A DNA stretch of 64,000 nt from Eledone cirrhosa (taxonomy: Eukaryota), in NCBI GenBank assembly GCA_964016885.1, contig OZ024765.1, positions 9,486,001 through 9,550,000 of the forward strand. The letters are read 5' to 3'. How positions within the stretch are numbered: position 1 is the stretch's first letter; every line of letters begins with the position of its first letter. The translations under genes were made by a program, and so were the position numbers. Positions 27,543 through 41,100 of the stretch are shown piece by piece. The notes under the pieces are model-generated. The model saw only the letters and a program-made list of their open reading frames with translations, was not told where the DNA came from and ran no database searches.

Positions 27543-27645
27543 TCAACTTTTTAGTATATTCCAAGTTGGGTCTTCTGCCAGAGATGGTAACTGGGGCCCC
27601 AAAAGTGCTATACCTGTAGATTTAACAGCAAACCGGTGTAAATAT
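27543..27645 (-). CDS. PITRM1: PITRM1 last coding exon
   Basis: [33 protein letters not shown] (TGA at 27543-27545). Confidence 0.9.
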
Positions 27646-30600
27646 CTGTTATGGGATGAAACAAAAGAGGTTTTTTAACCCTTCAGCATTTACATTACCC
27701 TATATATACTATTATATTTTCATGGTAAAAGCTTTACTTCACATAACATTTACATTACTCTATATATACTATTGTATTTTCACAATAAAGGCTTTACCTC
27801 ACATAATACCTCACATAACATTTACATTACTCTATATATACTATTGTATTTTCACAGTAAAGGCTTTACTTCACATAATATCGAATCTATGAGATTTTGA
27901 AAGTATTTATTTTGAGAACAATACCTTAACATCAGTTTGAGCGACCAGTTACAGCCAGTTTCAACAGAAAGAGGTAGAGAATTCTGGCCGGTTTTGGCCG
28001 GTTTGAACATTAAAAGGTTAAAGAATAATGGTTTCTTATATAGGCACAAGGCCAGCAATTTTGGGGGAGGGGAAAGTCAATTAAATCGATCCCAGTGCAT
28101 GACTGGTACTTTTATCGACCCTGTAAGGATAATAGGCAAAGTTAACCTCAGCGGGATTTGAACTCAAACCGTAAAGGGCCGTAACACCATGCTGCAAAGC
28201 ATAGTGTCTGAGGCTCTACCAATACTGCCAATTCACAACTAATAATAATAATTGTTTCTACTTTTGGCACAAGGCTAGCAATTATCCCAGTGTATTACTG
28301 GTACTTTATTTTATCGACCCCGTAAGGATGAAAGGCAAAGTTAACCTCGGCGCGATTTGAAATCAGAACGTAAAGGGCCATAACTCTATGCTGCAAAGCG
28401 TGGTGTCTGACGCTCTACCAATACTGCTAGTCCACAGCCCTCTTATAACAGTTTCTGATTCAGGCACAAGACCAACAATGTTTGGGGGAGGAGGGGAAAG
28501 TTGGATTAAATTGACCCCAGGTGAAAATTGCAGGTAAATAAAAAAAAAAAAATAAAAAAAACCAACAGGTACTCACTTATTAGCAACTTTCAACAGGTCT
28601 TCTTTGTTAGTTGTAAATATTCTGTCTCTGTTTACCTGTCGATGTTCGTTAGTCAACTCGTGGAGGAAATGTGACTGACCCTTCGAACTGGGTGGAACTG
28701 GTTTATCAATCTGGGAACAGGGTAAAAGATCATCATCATCATCAACATCCTCAACATAACAACACCAACACCACCACCACCACAACTACCACAATAACCA
28801 TCACCATCAACACCACCACAATAACCATCACCACCATCACAACCACCACAACAACTACCACCACCACAACTACCACAATAACCATCACCATCAACACCAC
28901 CACAATAACCATCACCACCATCACAACCACCACAACAACTACCACAATAACCATCACCATCACAACCACCACAACTACCACAATAACCATCACCATCACA
29001 ACCACCACAACAACTACCACAATAACCATCACCATCACAACCACCACAACTACCACAATAACCATCACCATCACAACCACCACAACAACTACCACAATAA
29101 CCATTACCATCACAACCACCACAACTACCACAATAACCATCACCATCACAACCACCACAACAACTACCACAATAACCATCACCACCATCACAACCACCAC
29201 AACAACTACCACAATAACCACCACCATCACAAGCACCACAACAACTACTACCACCACAACAACTACCACAATAACCATCACAACCACCACAACAACTACC
29301 ATAATAACCATCACCATCATCACAACCACCACAACAACTACCATCACCACAACAACTACCACAATAACCATCACAACCACCACAACAACTACCACAATAA
29401 CCATCACCATCACAACCACCACAACAACTACCACCACCACAACAACTACCACAATAACCATCACCATCATCACAACCACCACAACAACTACCACAATAAC
29501 CATCACCATCATCACAACCACCACAACAACTACCACAATAACCATCACCATCACAACCACCACAACAACTACCACCACCACAACAACTACCACAATAACC
29601 ATCACCATCATCACAACCACCACAACAACTACCACCACCACCACAACTACCACCACCACAACAACTACCACAATAACTATCACCATCATCACAACCACCA
29701 CAACAACTACCACAATAACCATCACCACCACAACAACTACCACCACCACAACAACTACCACAATAACCATCACCATCATCACAACCACCACAACAACTAC
29801 CATCACCATCAACACCACCACCAGGATGTCCACTACAACTTACCTGTTGAAAATATGATAATTTAGCTTCATTGATGTGGTCATTTGTAAACTGACCAGT
29901 TACTGCCCATTCTATGGCCTGGTCAAATACTTCCAAGGTTTGTAAGGAGTTTGGGTCACTAAAGAGAGGAAAAAAATGTTAACCCTTTAGCATTTACATT
30001 ACTCTATATTTATTATATTATATTCATGTTAACCCTTTAGCATTTACATTATCTATATTTATTATATTATATTCATGTTAACCCTTTAGCATTTACATTA
30101 CTCAATATTTACTACTGTATTTTCATGTTAACCCTTTAGCATTTACATTACTCTATATTTACTATATTATATTCATGTTTACCCTTTAGCATTTACATTA
30201 CTCTATATTTACTATTGTATTTTCATGTTAACCCTTTAGCATTTACAATACTCTATATTTACTATATTATATTCATGTTAACCCTTTAGCATTTACATTA
30301 CTCTATATTTACTATTGTATTTTCATGTTAACCCTTTAGCATTTACATTACTCTATATTTACTATATTATATTCATGTTAACCCTTTAGCATTTACATTA
30401 CTCTATATTTACTATATTATATTCATGTTAACCCTTTAGCATTTACATTACTCTATATTTACTATTGTATTTTCATGTTAACCCTTTAGCATTTACATTA
30501 CTCTATATTTATTATATTATATTCATGTTAACCCTTTAGCATTTACATTACTCTATATTTACTATTTTATATTCACGTTAACCCTTTAGCATTTACATTA

Positions 30601-33600
30601 CTCTATATTTACTATTGTATTTTCATGTTAACCCTTTAGCATTTACAATACTCTATATTTACTATTTTATATTCACGTTAACCCTTTAGCATTTACAATA
30701 CTCTATATTTACTATTTTATATTCATGTTAACCCTTTAGCATTTACAATACTCTATATTTACTATTTTATATTCATGTTAACCCTTTAGCATTTACAATA
30801 CTCTATATTTACTATTTTATATTCACGTTAACCCTTTAGCATTTACAATACTCTATATTTACTATTTTATATTCATGTTAACCCTTTAGCATTTACATTA
30901 CTCTATATTTACTATTTTATATTCACGTTAACCCTTTAGCATTTACAATACTCTATATTTACTATTTTATATTCATGTTAACCCTTTAGCATTTACATTA
31001 CTCTATATTTACTATTTTATATTCACGTTAACCCTTTAGCATTTACAATACTCTATATTTACTATTTTATATTCATGTTAACCCTTTAGCATTTACAATA
31101 CTCTATATTTACTATTTTATATTCATGTTAACCCTTTAGCATTTACAATACTCTATATTTACTATTTTATATTCACGTTAACCCTTTAGCATTTACAATA
31201 CTCTAAATTTACCATTGTATTTTCACGTTAACCCTTTAGCATTTACATTACTCTATATTTACTATTGTATCATTAAATCTTTTTCTGCTATCTAATCTCC
31301 TATCCACACTCTGTACAGAGGTAACACTAATGCCTTGATAAAATGCACCCAGTAAACTCTGAAAAGTGGTAACAATAATTGTTTCTACAAGGGCAGCAAT
31401 TCTCCCAGTGTATTACTGGTGCTTTATTTAATCGACCCCATAAGGATAAAAGGCAAAGTTAACCTTGGCGGGATTTGAACTCAGACCGTAAAGGGCCGTT
31501 ACTCTATGCTGCAAAGCATGGCGTCTGGCCCTTGCCATTTTAAAATGCACCCAGTATACTCTGTACAGTGATAGCACTAATGGCATGATAAAATACACCC
31601 AGTATACTCAGTACAGTGGTAATACTAATGCCATGATAAAATGCATCAAGTACACTCTGTAAAGTGGTAGCACTAATGCCATGACAAAATACACCCAGTA
31701 CACTCTGTAAGGTAGTAGTGCTGATGTCATTATAAAATACACCCATGACACTCTGTAAAGTAGTAGTGCTGATGTCATTATAAAATGCACCCAGTACACT
31801 CTGTAGTGATAGCACTAATGTCATGACAAAATGCACCCAGTACACTCTGTAAAATGGTTAACATTAGGAAGGTCATCCAGCTGTAGAAACTATGCCAGAA
31901 AAATATGGAGAAGGCTCTTTAGTTATGTCTATGTCACAACATCTCTAGTGCTGGTGTACTTAGTAAAATACACCCAGTACACTCTGTAAAGTGGTTGGTG
32001 TTAGGAAGATCATCTAGCTGTAGAAACTATGCCAGAAAAATATGGAGAAGGCTCTTTAGTTATGTCTATGTCACAACATCTCTAGTGCTGGCATACTTAG
32101 TAAAATACACCCAGTACACTCTGTAAAGTGGTTTGTGTTAGGAAGATCATCCAGCTGTAGAAACTATACTGAAACTTGAATGTATGTAGGTGGAGTATGG
32201 CCTCTGACCCATCTAGAAGAACAGTGACCTTGATTAAGTATTGACTTGGTCTGTGATGACCTGTCTTACTTAGGCCACCATCAAAAAGCAGGTGTGAAAT
32301 GTTAAATGATGATGATTAGACAGAGTAACACTTACCGATAAGAAAAGAAATTGAAGGTGCTGTCACCATTCATGGCACCACTGCCATAGGCTCCACCTTT
32401 CTCTCTACAAATGAAAGAGAGGAAATTAGAATGTTATCCACTGAAGGTTCCTTAAACCCCAGTCATTACCCAAGATTCATGACCATATATTGAACACCAG
32501 CACAAATTAAAATGAATCTTTGAAAAGTGACTCAAACCAAAACTGGTTAGTTCTTACTTTTTCATACAAAAATTATACAATATTTTACAAACCTGATTTC
32601 TCTGTGTAGAAATTTGGCAGAGAGGAGCTTGGCTAGGATGGTCAACCTACAATAAATAAGGCTGAATGTACTTACTGTATTAAAGATAAGAAAGAAAGAA
32701 TCAAACAATCATAGACAGACAGACAGGAAGGAAGTAAGGAGGAGAGAAGGGTGAAAGAAAGAAAGAATCAAACAATCATAGACAGACAGGAAGGAAGTAA
32801 GGAGGGCAAAAGGGAGAAAGAAAGAAAGAATCAAACAATCATAGACAGACAGACAGGAAGGAAGTAAGGAGGAGAGAAGGGAGAAAGCAAGAAAGAATCA
32901 AACAATCACAGATAAACAGGAAGGAAGTAAGGAGGAGAGGAGGGCAAAAGGGAGAAAGAAAGAAAGAATCAAACAATCATAGACAGACAGGAAGGAAGTA
33001 AGGAGGGCAAAAGGGAGAAAGAAAGAAAGAATCAAACAATCATAGACAGACAGACAGGAAGGAAGTAAGGAGGAGAGAAGGGAGAAAGCAAGAAAGAATC
33101 AAACAATCACAGATAAACAGGAAGGAAGTAAGGAGGAGAGGAGGGCAAAAGGGAGAAAGAAAGAAAGAATCAAACAATCATAGACAGACAGGAAGGAAGT
33201 AAGGAGGGCAAAAGGGAGAAAGAAAGAAAGAATCAAACAATCATAGACAGACAGACAGGAAGGAAGTAAGGAGGAGAGAAGGGAGAAAGCAAGAAAGAAT
33301 CAAACAATCACAGATAAACAGGAAGGAAGTAAGGAGGAGAGGAGGGCAAAAGGGAGAAAGAAAGAAAGAATCAAACAATCATAGACAGACAGGAAGGAAG
33401 TAAGGAGGGCAAAAGGGAGAAAGAAAGAAAGAATCAAACAATCATAGACAGACAGACAGGAAGGAAGTAAGGAGGAGAGAAGGGAGAAAGCAAGAAAGAA
33501 TCAAACAATCATAGACAGACAGACAGGAAGGAAGTAAGGAGGAGAGGAGGGAGAAAGAAAGAAAGAATCAAACAATCATAGACAGATAAACAGGAAGGAC

Positions 33601-36600
33601 GTAAGGAGGAGAGGAGGGAGAAAGAAAGAAAGAATCAAACAATCATAGACAGACAGACAGACAGGAAGTAAGGAGGGGATGAGGGCGAAAGGGAGAAAGA
33701 AAGATGCAATGGTGATAGTACATTGAGCAATAAAATGACCCCCATGCCTCCGACCCTCCACCAAACTTACCTTGAACTGTCAGGGTGTGTATAGCGCACA
33801 GTGGGTACCGTCATGGAGACATAGTTCACTGTGAAGGGTAACTCAACATGGGTGCGTTTCTCAACTGGCTGGAACTGGGTGTCCTGTGTGGAATAAAGAT
33901 TCTAGAGTCAGTGGTGGTGGTCACTAGGTCCTAGACTGGTCAGTTTACTAGAGTCAGTGGTGGTGGTCACTAGGTCCTAGACTGGTCAGGTTACTAGAGT
34001 CAGTGGTGGTGGTCACTAGGTCCTAGACTGGTCAGTTTACTAGAGTCAGTGGTGGTGGTCACTAGGTCTCAAACGGGTCAGGTTACTAGAGTCAGTGGTG
34101 GTGGTCACTAGGTCCTAGACTGGTCAGGTTACTAGAGTCAGTGGTGGTGGTCACTAGGTCCTAGACTGGTCAGGTTACTAGAGTCAGTGGTGGTGGTCAC
34201 TAGGTCTCAAACGGGTCAGGTTACTAGAGTCAGTGGTGGTGGTCACTAGGTCTCAAACGGGTCAGGTTACTAGAGTCAGTGGTGGTGGTCACTAGGTCCT
34301 AGACTGGTCAGGTTACTAGAGTCAGTGGTGGTGGTCACTAGGTCCTAGACTGGTCAGGTTACTAGAGTCAGTGGTGGTGGTCACTAGGTCCTAGACTGGT
34401 CAGGTTACTAGAGTCAGTGGTGGTGGTCACTAGGTCTCAAACGGGTCAGGTTACTAGAGTCAGTGGTGGTGGTCACTAGGTCTCAAACGGGTCAGGTTAC
34501 TAGAGTCAGTGGTGGTGGTCACTAGGTCCTAGACTGGTCAGGTTACTAGAGTCAGTGGTGGTGGTCACTAGGTCTCAAACGGGTCAGGTTACTAGAGTCA
34601 GTGGTGGTGGTCACTAGGTCTCAAACGGGTCAGGTTACTAGAGTCAGTGGTGGTGGTCACTAGGTCTCAAACGGGTCAGGTTACTAGAGTCAGTGGTGGT
34701 GGTCACTAGGTCCTAGACTGGTCAGGTTACTAGAGTCAGTGGTGGTGGTCACTAGGTCCTAGACTGGTCAGTTTACTAGAGTCAGTGGTGGTGGTCACTA
34801 GGTCTCAAACGGGTCAGGTTACTAGAGTCAGTGGTGGTGGTCACTAGGTCCTAGACTGGTCAGGTTACTAGAGTCAGTGGTGGTGGTCACTAGGTCTCAA
34901 ACGGGTCAGGTTACTAGAGTCAGTGGTGGTGGTCACTAGGTCTCAAACGGGTCAGGTTACTAGAGTCAGTGGTGGTGGTCACTAGGTCTCAAACGGGTCA
35001 GGTTACTAGAGTCAGTGGTGGTGGTCACTAGGTCTCAAACGGGTCAGGTTACTAGAGTCAGTGGTGGTGGTCACTAGGTCTCAAACGGGTCAGGTTACTA
35101 GAGTCAGTGGTGGTGGTCACTAGGTCCTAGACTGGTCAGGTTACTAGAGTCAGTGGTGGTGGTCACTAGGTCCTAGACTGGTCAGGTTACTAGAGTCAGT
35201 GGTGGTGGTCACTAGGTCTCAAACGGGTCAGGTTACTAGAGTCAGTGGTGGTGGTCACTAGGTCCTAGACTGGTCAGGTTACTAGAGTCAGTGGTGGTGG
35301 TCACTAGGTCTCAAACGGGTCAGGTTACTAGAGTCAGTGGTGGTGGTCACTAGGTCCTAGACTGGTCAGGTTACTAGAGTCAGTGGTGGTGGTCACTAGG
35401 TCCTAGACTGGTCAGGTTACTAGAGTCAGTGGTGGTGGTCACTAGGTCCTAGACTGGTCAGTTTACTAGAGTCAGTGGTGGTGGTCACTAGGTCCTAGAC
35501 TGGTCAGGTTACTAGAGTCAGTGGTGGTGGTCACTAGGTCTCAAACGGGTCAGGTTACTAGAGTCAGTGGTGGTGGTCACTAGGTCCTAGACTGGTCAGT
35601 TTACTAGAGTCAGTGGTGGTGGTCACTAGGTCCTAGACTGGTCAGTTTACTAGAGTCAGTGGTGGTGGTCACTAGGTCCTAGACTGGTCAGTTTACTAGA
35701 GTCAGTGGTGGTGGTCACTAGGTCTCAAACGGGTCAGGTTACTAGAGTCAGTGGTGGTGGTCACTAGGTCCTAGACTGGTCAGGTTACTAGAGTCAGTGG
35801 TGGTGGTCACTAGGTCTCAAACGGGTCAGGTTACTAGAGTCAGTGGTGGTGGTCACTAGGTCCTAGACTGGTCAGGTTACTAGAGTCAGTGGTGGTGGTC
35901 ACTAGGTCCTAGACTGGTCAGGTTACTAGAGTCAGTGGTGGTGGTCACTAGGTCCTAGACTGGTCAGTTTACTAGAGTCAGTGGTGGTGGTCACTTGGTC
36001 CTAGACTGGTCAGGTTACTAGAGTCAGTGGTGGTGGTCACTAGGTCTCAAACGGGTCAGGTTACTAGAGTCAGTGGTGGTGGTCACTAGGTCTCAAACGG
36101 GTCAGGTTACTAGAGTCAGTGGTGGTGGTCACTAGGTCTCAAACGGGTCAGGTTACTAGAGTCAGTGGTGGTGGTCACTAGGTCCTAGACTGGTCAGGTT
36201 ACTAGAGTCAGTGGTGGTGGTCACTAGGTCCTAGACTGGTCAGGTTACTAGAGTCAGTGGTGGTGGTCACTAGGTCCTAGACTGGTCAGGTTACTAGAGT
36301 CAGTGGTGGTGGTCACTAGGTCCTAGACTGGTCAGGTTACTAGAGTCAGTGGTGGTGGTCACTAGGTCCTAGACTGGTCAGTTTACTAGAGTCAGTGGTG
36401 GTGGTCACTTGGTCCTAGACTGGTCAGGTTACTAGAGTCAGTGGTGGTGGTCACTTGGTCCTAGACTGGTCAGTTTACTAGAGTCAGTGGTGGTGGTCAC
36501 TAGGTCCTAGACTGGTCAGGTTACTAGAGTCAGTGGTGGTGGTCACTAGGTCTCAAACGGGTCAGGTTACTAGAGTCAGTGGTGGTGGTCACTAGGTCCT

Positions 36601-37967
36601 AGACTGGTCAGGTTACTAGAGTCAGTGGTGGTGGTCACTAGGTCTCAAACGGGTCAGGTTACTAGAGTCAGTGGTGGTGGTCACTAGGTCCTAGACTGGT
36701 CAGGTTACTAGAGTCAGTGGTGGTGGTCACTAGGTCCTAGACTGGTCAGGTTACTAGAGTCAGTGGTGGTGGTCACTAGGTCCTAGACTGGTCAGTTTAC
36801 TAGAGTCAGTGGTGGTGGTCACTAGGTCCTAGACTGGTCAGGTTACTAGAGTCAGTGGTGGTGGTCACTAGGTCTCAAACGGGTCAGGTTACTAGAGTCA
36901 GTGGTGGTGGTCACTAGGTCCTAGACTGGTCAGTTTACTAGAGTCAGTGGTGGTGGTCACTAGGTCCTAGACTGGTCAGTTTACTAGAGTCAGTGGTGGT
37001 GGTCACTAGGTCCTAGACTGGTCAGTTTACTAGAGTCAGTGGTGGTGGTCACTAGGTCTCAAACGGGTCAGGTTACTAGAGTCAGTGGTGGTGGTCACTA
37101 GGTCCTAGACTGGTCAGGTTACTAGAGTCAGTGGTGGTGGTCACTAGGTCTCAAACGGGTCAGGTTACTAGAGTCAGTGGTGGTGGTCACTAGGTCCTAG
37201 ACTGGTCAGGTTACTAGAGTCAGTGGTGGTGGTCACTAGGTCCTAGACTGGTCAGGTTACTAGAGTCAGTGGTGGTGGTCACTAGGTCCTAGACTGGTCA
37301 GTTTACTAGAGTCAGTGGTGGTGGTCACTTGGTCCTAGACTGGTCAGGTTACTAGAGTCAGTGGTGGTGGTCACTAGGTCTCAAACGGGTCAGGTTACTA
37401 GAGTCAGTGGTGGTGGTCACTAGGTCTCAAACGGGTCAGGTTACTAGAGTCAGTGGTGGTGGTCACTAGGTCTCAAACGGGTCAGGTTACTAGAGTCAGT
37501 GGTGGTGGTCACTAGGTCCTAGACTGGTCAGGTTACTAGAGTCAGTGGTGGTGGTCACTAGGTCCTAGACTGGTCAGGTTACTAGAGTCAGTGGTGGTGG
37601 TCACTAGGTCCTAGACTGGTCAGGTTACTAGAGTCAGTGGTGGTGGTCACTAGGTCCTAGACTGGTCAGGTTACTAGAGTCAGTGGTGGTGGTCACTAGG
37701 TCCTAGACTGGTCAGTTTACTAGAGTCAGTGGTGGTGGTCACTTGGTCCTAGACTGGTCAGGTTACTAGAGTCAGTGGTGGTGGTCACTTGGTCCTAGAC
37801 TGGTCAGTTTACTAGAGTCAGTGGTGGTGGTCACTAGGTCCTAGACTGGTCAGGTTACTAGAGTCAGTGGTGGTGGTCACTAGGTCTCAAACGGGTCAGG
37901 TTACTAGAGTCAGTGGTGGTGGTCACTAGGTCCTAGACTGGTCAGGTTACTATGTCCTATTCATATG

Positions 37968-38033
<66 letters not shown>

Positions 38034-38152
38034 AAGAGTGTGGTAAGATATGGTGGACCATAACCCACCAGACTACTCGATACTAGCTAGATCCAACAGT
38101 TCGGATCTACCTGTGGAAATGGCCAGAGCTCAGCCATCGGGATACTGAATCT

Positions 38153-38192
<40 letters not shown>

Positions 38193-41100
38193 TTTACTCA
38201 TCATTTTTACGGCAACTTTTCCATGCTTGCATGGGTTTTAGAGAACTTTTTTAGGCAATTTTTTTACAGCCAGATGCCCTTCATGACACCAAACCCTTAT
38301 GATATGTCTGAGAAATGGGAAAAAAATCGAAACCCCATTTATAAGCTGAGGCAGCTAATCAACACAATGTTTAGATGGCGTACATAAGCTGATCCTCCAG
38401 TTTACTAGCAATTTTTTGGTCATGTATTCCTCGGCTTTTACTCTAGTATTTTTAGGAACGATCGACTTTCGTCAAATCGGACCAAGGGAACAATGTTTCC
38501 GTTGGTCTTTCCAATTGCTAATACTATCTATCGGTCGCAACTCCAGGTAGAAGGAACAACGTGAAATAAAGTGTCTTGCTCAAGGACATAACGCATCGCC
38601 TGGTCCAGGAATCGAACTCACAACCTTACGATTGCGAATCCGATTCTCTAACCACTCAGCCACACGCCTTCACTACTCTAGTATATATGGTATATATATA
38701 TATGGAAAGAGAGAAAGAGAGATAATCACACACAGACCAATATACTTACATTAATGAGAACTCTTTCTGATGAAAATTCCTGTGACAAAGGCTGCAAGAA
38801 TGTGTCTAGCTTATCAAGAGTGGTCTGCATTGCTTCTTCTGTAGCATTCACTGAGACCCTAGTAAGAAGATAATACACAGAAAATAAGCCAAAATGGAAT
38901 ATATGGTGAGATACTGCAGAAACAATACTGCTCTGTTTTCAGCAATCCTGATATGGCCGATCTGGGCTGTATCGGCGATGTTACTCCCCATTACACCTTA
39001 TCGGACATAACGTTTGGCGCCCCTGATGTCTTGGCGGCAATAAAGGAAATCAAGCATAATTCAGCAGTAGGTCCCGATAGGTTCCCTGCTTGTGTCTTGA
39101 AGGCGTGTCAACACCAACTTGCTTCTCCTCTTGCCAATCTGTGGCGGAACTCACTGGATGCTGGATATGTGCCAGAAAACCTTCTATCCCAGTCTGTTGT
39201 CCCAGTTTTCAAAAAGGGAAACAAATCCCTTGCCGTGAATTACCGTCCAATCTCACTCACCTCTCATATCATTAAGGTATTTGAGCGAGTGGTGAGATCG
39301 CGAATGACCCACTTCCTTGAGAGTAACAATATGCTGAACTCCAACCAGCATGGATTCCGTAATGGAAGGGATTGCCTGACGCAACTACTGCATCACTTTG
39401 ATGACATTTTGAGAGCCTTGGGAGAGGGTTCCAACACTGATGTTATCTACCTTGATTTCAGCAAGGCCTTTGACAGGGTTGATCATAACATTCTACTGAG
39501 AAAGCTGTCCAATATTGGTGTCACTGGAAAGCTGCTGCAGTGGATCAAGAGCTTCCTGTCAAACAGAACCCAACATGTTGTAGTTGAGGGAGTCAAATCA
39601 AGCCCAGCCAAAGTCAGTAGTGGAGTCCCACAAGGCACTGTGTTGGGCCCACTTCTCTTCATCATCTATATTAATGACATCACTGACATCATCAAACACA
39701 GCAACATTAAAATTTTCGCTGATGATTCCAAGCTCCAAAAGGTCATCAATGGCGTGGATGACCGGATAAGCCTTCAGTCAGACCTACTGGCTGTTACCCA
39801 ATGGGCAGAAAAGAACAACATGTTACTGAACGAAGACAAATTCGAACTGATCCACTTTGGAAAAGAGGATGCTCTGAAACTCCCGTACTCCCTTCCCTCC
39901 GGGGAAACTCTCGTGGCATCTAACAACATCAGAGACTTGGGAGTAACCGTGGACAGCAACATAAGCTGGACCACGCATATAAGCAGCAAAGTTGACATGG
40001 CCCGCAGAATGTGTTCCTGGATCCTCAGAACCTTCCAGTCGAGAGATTCCCGCACCATTATCCTTCTCTTCTCTACTTTCGCCCGACCACACCTTGAATA
40101 CTGTTGTCCACTGTGGTCTCCCCACACGAAACAAAGTATCATGAAACTTGAAGCTCCTCAAAGGGCAATCACGAAAAAGATAGATGGCATGTCAGACCTT
40201 GACTACTGGGGTCGATTGGAAAACCTGAAACTTTACTCACTCCAACGTCGCCGTGAGCGTTATATTATCTGCATGATGTGGAAAATGTTCCATCATCACT
40301 GCCCAAATGATGTTGGCATCGCCTTCAAGATACACCCAAGGCTTGGGCCCCGTGCTATCCGTCCCATTCAAAAATCTAAATCGCAACTCATAACAACAAT
40401 ACGGCACAATTATTTCACCTCAATCGGCCCTGCTCTCTTCAACATCACACCAGGACACGTCAAAACAGAAACTGACCACACAAAATTCAAGAAGTCTTTG
40501 GACAAATTCCTCCAAGTAATCCCGGACAAACCACCCACACCCGGATATGTCTCCGCAAACAGTAATTCTCTTCTCGAATGGGCCATGGTGCCCAAATCCT
40601 GAATTGAAAGACTTCGCCAGGTGGTGCTATTAAGTTAGACATGGCCTGGGCCAATACTGGCCAAAACATTTCAAAGTTATTCAAAGTTATTCAAAGTTAT
40701 GTAAGGCACATTAGATAAAGTTCTGTCCAGTATTGAAATAAAATTTCTTCAAATGACTTTTTTTCAAAGGAACATCAGATAACACTATGTCCTGTGTAGC
40801 AATAACTTTTCTTTAAATCACTTCACTATTTTCAAAAGAACATTAGATAATGCTATGTCCAGTATTGAAATAATTGTTTCTACTTTAGGCACAAGGCCAG
40901 CAATTACCCAGTGCATTACTGGTACTTTATTTTATCAACCCCGTAAGGATGAAAAGCAAAGTCAACCTCGGCGGGATTTGAACTCAGATCGTAAAGGGAC
41001 GTAACTCTATGCTTCAAAGCATGGCGTCTGACCCTCTACCGATACTGCCAATCCACCGCCCTTGTTTCTACAAATCACATCACTCTATTTTCAAATATTA

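Noticed and set aside
38765-38780. Other CTGATGA occurrences (38767, ~44917, ~62505) as hammerheads
   Set aside because: No matching stem II/GAAA/NTH/stem I arrangement; the first is antisense to a PITRM1 exon.
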